Shown: positions 61,501 to 64,000 of the stretch, piece by piece
Position numbering within the stretch: the stretch's first letter is position 1
Layout of the letters: every line of letters begins with the position of its first letter
The notes under the pieces: generated by a model
Seen by the model: only the letters and a program-made list of their open reading frames with translations
Databases searched by the model: none
Told to the model about the DNA's origin: nothing
Made by a program: the position numbers and the translations under genes
IMG/VR virus record: IMGVR_UViG_3300031965_000004
Location: 1 to 64,000 of that record
Direction: 5' to 3' (one strand)
From: a virus
Length of the DNA stretch: 64,000 bases

Positions 61501-63502
61501 CTACGACCCGTCAGGAGCGATCCTACTCTTCGGGGAGGACTTCGGCGGAGGCCAAACCTACTTGGGCCTTTACGCCGTGGAAAACGGGACCCAGATCGAC
61601 ATGGCGTCGGACGCGGTCTTTGGTTGGTCCCCCTCGACCACGACCATTACCGGAAACGCCCAAGACACCAGGCTGAGCCGTCCCGCTGCGGGCGAGGTCC
61701 TCGTCGACGACGGCGCGGGAGGAGCCGCGACCCTGACCGCCGCGACGGTCAAGCTTGGCACCGGTGGACCGACGCTGACGAAGGGGACGGGCAGCCCGGA
61801 GGGGGTCGTCACGGCCCCGGTTGGCTCGCTGTTCGCCCGCACGGACGGGGGCGCGGGAACGACGCTCTACAGCAAGGAGAGCGGCGCGGGAAACACCGGC
61901 TGGGCGACGGTGGGAGTCACGCCAACCCTGTCGTCCGTGCTCGCGGCCGGCAACACAACCGGCGCGAACGACGTGGTGGTGTCTTCGGGGCAGGTCCTTC
62001 GGGGTGTGGACGCGGCAGGTGGGACAGACCTCGAACTCCGGGGGGGCAATGGTTCTGGCGCGGGAATGGGCGCTGGCGGTGTCTTCATTAACGCGGGGAC
62101 TCCTACAGCCGACGGCAACGGGCCCAATGTTGAAATTTACGCCGGAAACGGAGCGGGGAATGGGCACGGCGGCTTACTCACGCTTGAGTCAGGCACGGCG
62201 GGAGCCGTGGGCAACGGAGGGGACCTAGATATCCGGGCCAGGAACGGCGGCGCCACCAGTGGTAACGGTGGCGACCTCACGCTCACGGCCGGCACGGGAA
62301 CGGGGGGCGGCACTCATGGCCGCGTCACCCTCACGTCCGGCACGACGAGCTATCCGCTCACGGCTGCCGGCGTTGGACCGGCCCTGACAACAACTGCTCA
62401 GACGATCATTGAGGCAATCAACGAGATCGACGCGGCCGGCGGGGCGTCCTCCCTCAGTTCCGTGCTCGCGGCCGGCAACACAACCGGCGGCACTGATCTT
62501 GTCCAGACCTCGGGTGACGTTATTCGAGGAGTCGACGCTGCGACAGGAACCGCGCTGGCGTTGAGGGGCGGTGCGTCGTCCGCGGCAGGTGCAGGAGGGG
62601 CAGTCACGATCACGGGGGGTGCTCCTGTTAACGGAGACGGAGGCGCAGTATCGCTTGTTGGCTCCAATGCTGTCACAAACGGCAGTGGAGGCACCGCTAC
62701 GGTTCAAGGCGGTGACGGGTTAGGGAACGTTGGCGGGACTGCTTCGCTTCTGGGTGGAAATTCTGGCACGCAAGCCGGCGGCGCTGCTGTCGTTCAAGCG
62801 GGGACTTCTGGGAACGGCGACGGTGGGAATGTCACGATCGTTGCGGGGGCGGGAGTCGGCGCAAACAAGAGCGGCGGGACCGTCACGATCGTTGCGGGGG
62901 TATCCACGTCAATGTTTACAGGGAGTTTGGTCAGCATTACTGCCGGACAAGGCGGACCATCCGGCGGCACTGGCGGCACGTTGCAGTTGCGAGGCGGTCC
63001 GGGTGGGGCCTCCTCCGGGGTCGGAGGTCCCGTCATTATCTCGGGTGGGATCCCGATTAGCGGCGGCGGTGGCGCTGTCACAATCACGGCCTCAGACGCC
63101 GTCTCCGGCGTTGGCGGCAATGGTGGCGTGCTCACGCTCACGTCGGGTGCGGGGGCGGTCGCCAACCCCGGAGGCGCGCTCACGATCAGGTCCGGTGCAG
63201 GTGGCGCCTCGAGCGGGAACTCGGGAGCGGTTACGATCGACGCGGGAGCGGTTACGGGCGGGACGGCAGGCACGATCACGATCGGCGGGACGAATGCCAG
63301 TGCTGTCAACCTGGGACGTTCGGCAGGCACGATCGGGTTCTTCGGGGCTGCGGCGGTCGCTCAGTCGGCGGCCTACACCCTGACCGCAACTGCGGTTCTT
63401 GACCGGACCCTGCTGGCTAGCGCCAGCGCGACCGTGACGAACAACAACAACGCGCTGGCCGCGTTGATCACCGACCTCCAAGCGCTAGGCTTGATCGGGT
63501 AA
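58562..63502 (+). CDS. Large modular fibre/receptor-binding protein with a beta-propeller and Gly-rich beta-helix-like repeats
   Basis: About 7 W..VTWSPELGLFVAV..NRVMTSPDGINWT blades; GSPEGVVTAPVGS motif; repeated connector modules. Confidence 0.85.
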   Translation: MAQRSITLPRVGGLGAVNLVEGTDQVLLPQIEGTTAARSLWADAAATSALLASGTNVATVTLGAAGSTVTIPGSLTVSGTATAISTANLTVADTVILGASGAATGNEAGMAFERGSTGDDAILLWNEANTRFELGFFNTVGGTTTPTGALAALSDLRAKDLTLAGTITADGELTIRSGGTGALQMVGANGTTPGQMLVQAGGNTGTGAGAITYVFGGSSTSGSGRGGDAFFIGGIAASATGDGGDAAVDGGTSVGGTAGSVLLGTQAGYTSAVVIGQSGITTDFPAGSTVDFTGATVTGLPATDLSSVLATGNNSGGTSIVLSTPSEIQSTSGTSGDPISIQAGSASSGTGGTVSIVGGPSSGGNTGPSASIEAGRGGVTGVGGPFFAFGGRGGSTSGAAGEATVRGGLPNDGNGGDATLAGSAGATATATARDGGNANVVGGGAVSGGVPGRVLFTSGTTSYPLTAAGVGPALTTTAQTIIEAINEVAAASPTLSSVLATGNTTGANDVVVSSGQVLRGVDAATGTALTLRSGNSSGVGVSGPTTTIQGGSPGSSLGAWTVRAASEANPWQSVTWSPELGLFAAVSSTGTNRVMTSPDGINWTARAASEANFWNGIAWSPELGLFAAVAQDGTNRVMTSPDGINWTARAASAANVWHEVTWAAELGLFVAVACTGTNRVMTSPDGINWTGRLSGNDGFCWQDVTWSPQLGLLVGVSSDNLAMTSPDGITWTSRTVPGGVGVLAWQGVTWSPELGLFVAVGSDGANRVATSPDGINWTLRNASGANLWDEVRWAPELGLFVAVAQNGTNPVMTSPDGINWSAVAATFPQWRSVVWAPQLGLLVSVAITGSGANRVMTSQATFGDGGAVVITAPAGDSGGDVTITAGAAIGGTQGRVLFTSGTTSYPLTAAGVGPPLTTTAQTIIEAINEVDAALAGVTEDGGTPNIVTITDALVVGAPASTVATGASDIVAGLAGGYFLHYDPSGAILLFGEDFGGGQTYLGLYAVENGTQIDMASDAVFGWSPSTTTITGNAQDTRLSRPAAGEVLVDDGAGGAATLTAATVKLGTGGPTLTKGTGSPEGVVTAPVGSLFARTDGGAGTTLYSKESGAGNTGWATVGVTPTLSSVLAAGNTTGANDVVVSSGQVLRGVDAAGGTDLELRGGNGSGAGMGAGGVFINAGTPTADGNGPNVEIYAGNGAGNGHGGLLTLESGTAGAVGNGGDLDIRARNGGATSGNGGDLTLTAGTGTGGGTHGRVTLTSGTTSYPLTAAGVGPALTTTAQTIIEAINEIDAAGGASSLSSVLAAGNTTGGTDLVQTSGDVIRGVDAATGTALALRGGASSAAGAGGAVTITGGAPVNGDGGAVSLVGSNAVTNGSGGTATVQGGDGLGNVGGTASLLGGNSGTQAGGAAVVQAGTSGNGDGGNVTIVAGAGVGANKSGGTVTIVAGVSTSMFTGSLVSITAGQGGPSGGTGGTLQLRGGPGGASSGVGGPVIISGGIPISGGGGAVTITASDAVSGVGGNGGVLTLTSGAGAVANPGGALTIRSGAGGASSGNSGAVTIDAGAVTGGTAGTITIGGTNASAVNLGRSAGTIGFFGAAAVAQSAAYTLTATAVLDRTLLASASATVTNNNNALAALITDLQALGLIG

Positions 63503-63578
63503 GTCGTCCTCCCCTTGGGCCGGCCGCTCGATCGTGTCGCCCGCCCGCGATAGGATTCGCGCGCCCAGGAGGCAGCCC

Positions 63579-63743
63579 ATGAACACCCCGAACTCCCCGA
63601 ACACCCCCGCCCCGCTCGATGCCCCCGACGAGAACCCGAGCGGAGCGCTCGAACTGTGCGCGCAGCAAGGAGCGGCCGAGCTCATGGGCACCTGCTTCCT
63701 GCATCCCGACGGGTGTCCTGAGGAGCTGGCCGCACGGCCCTGA
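63579..63743 (+). CDS. Small hypothetical protein
   Basis: AGGAGG SD then ATG. Confidence 0.5.
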   Translation: MNTPNSPNTPAPLDAPDENPSGALELCAQQGAAELMGTCFLHPDGCPEELAARP

Positions 63744-63810
63744 CCAACGGGATCTTTCAGCAGGTGTCGGTGCAACTCGCATAATCACCCTTCACCACGA
63801 AGGAGACACC

Positions 63811-64000
63811 ATGCGAAGCAGGAAGCCGGGCCCAAAGCGCCCTGCCGGCCCCAAGCCGGCAACCCCCAAGGCCCCGGCGGGCCGAGCCCAACTCTCGTTG
63901 GAGCAGACGTTGGGCGTGCAGCTCATGTCCGCGCGCCAGGCGATCAAGGCGAAGAACGTGTTCATAGCCGAGAGTCAGTTGGCGCGTGCCACAGCCGCGC
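63811..64000 (+). CDS. Hypothetical protein, truncated by the window end
   Basis: AAGGAG SD then ATG; open to the edge. Confidence 0.55.
   Translation, partial: MRSRKPGPKRPAGPKPATPKAPAGRAQLSLEQTLGVQLMSARQAIKAKNVFIAESQLARATAA

Overview
The whole 64 kb window (very GC-rich) reads as one virus or virus-plasmid genome segment with no host housekeeping genes. Left part (1-11 kb, minus strand): multi-domain proteins punctuated by Asn-Pro (NP) motifs, an RNA polymerase alpha-CTD-like protein, and an FGE-sulfatase/C-type-lectin-fold gene. That gene is followed by five tandem alternative C-terminal cassettes, all in the -1 frame behind a conserved 27-nt repeat, while frame 0 stays open across the array (top finding). 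11-28 kb: recombination, replication and DNA-modification genes (HNH, ASCH, MT-A70, RuvC-like, PD-(D/E)XK, SSB-like, ERF-like, SNF2 helicase, C5-MTase with an overlapping alternative-frame ORF, SMC-like ATPase, PAPS-reductase family). This part ends in an AEP primase/Rep gene that appears to start at CTG, coupled to a leader peptide and opposed by an antisense RNA. 29-35 kb: a tRNA-Met followed by CCA-tailed hairpin RNAs, a TGT/DpdA-like gene, a phosphatase and a dNMP kinase. 38-64 kb: a virion module with a transglutaminase-like protease, about 12 small membrane proteins carrying G[ML]G motifs, a basic core protein, jelly-roll-like capsid candidates, a LAGLIDADG-Mom fusion, a serine recombinase and a 1646-aa modular fibre. 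No terminase, portal, HK97 capsid, tail tube or packaging ATPase was recognised, which suggests a large tailless membrane-containing virus. A private promoter motif CTAC-N15-TANNNT precedes most late units. All assignments come from motif reading by eye; no searches were run.
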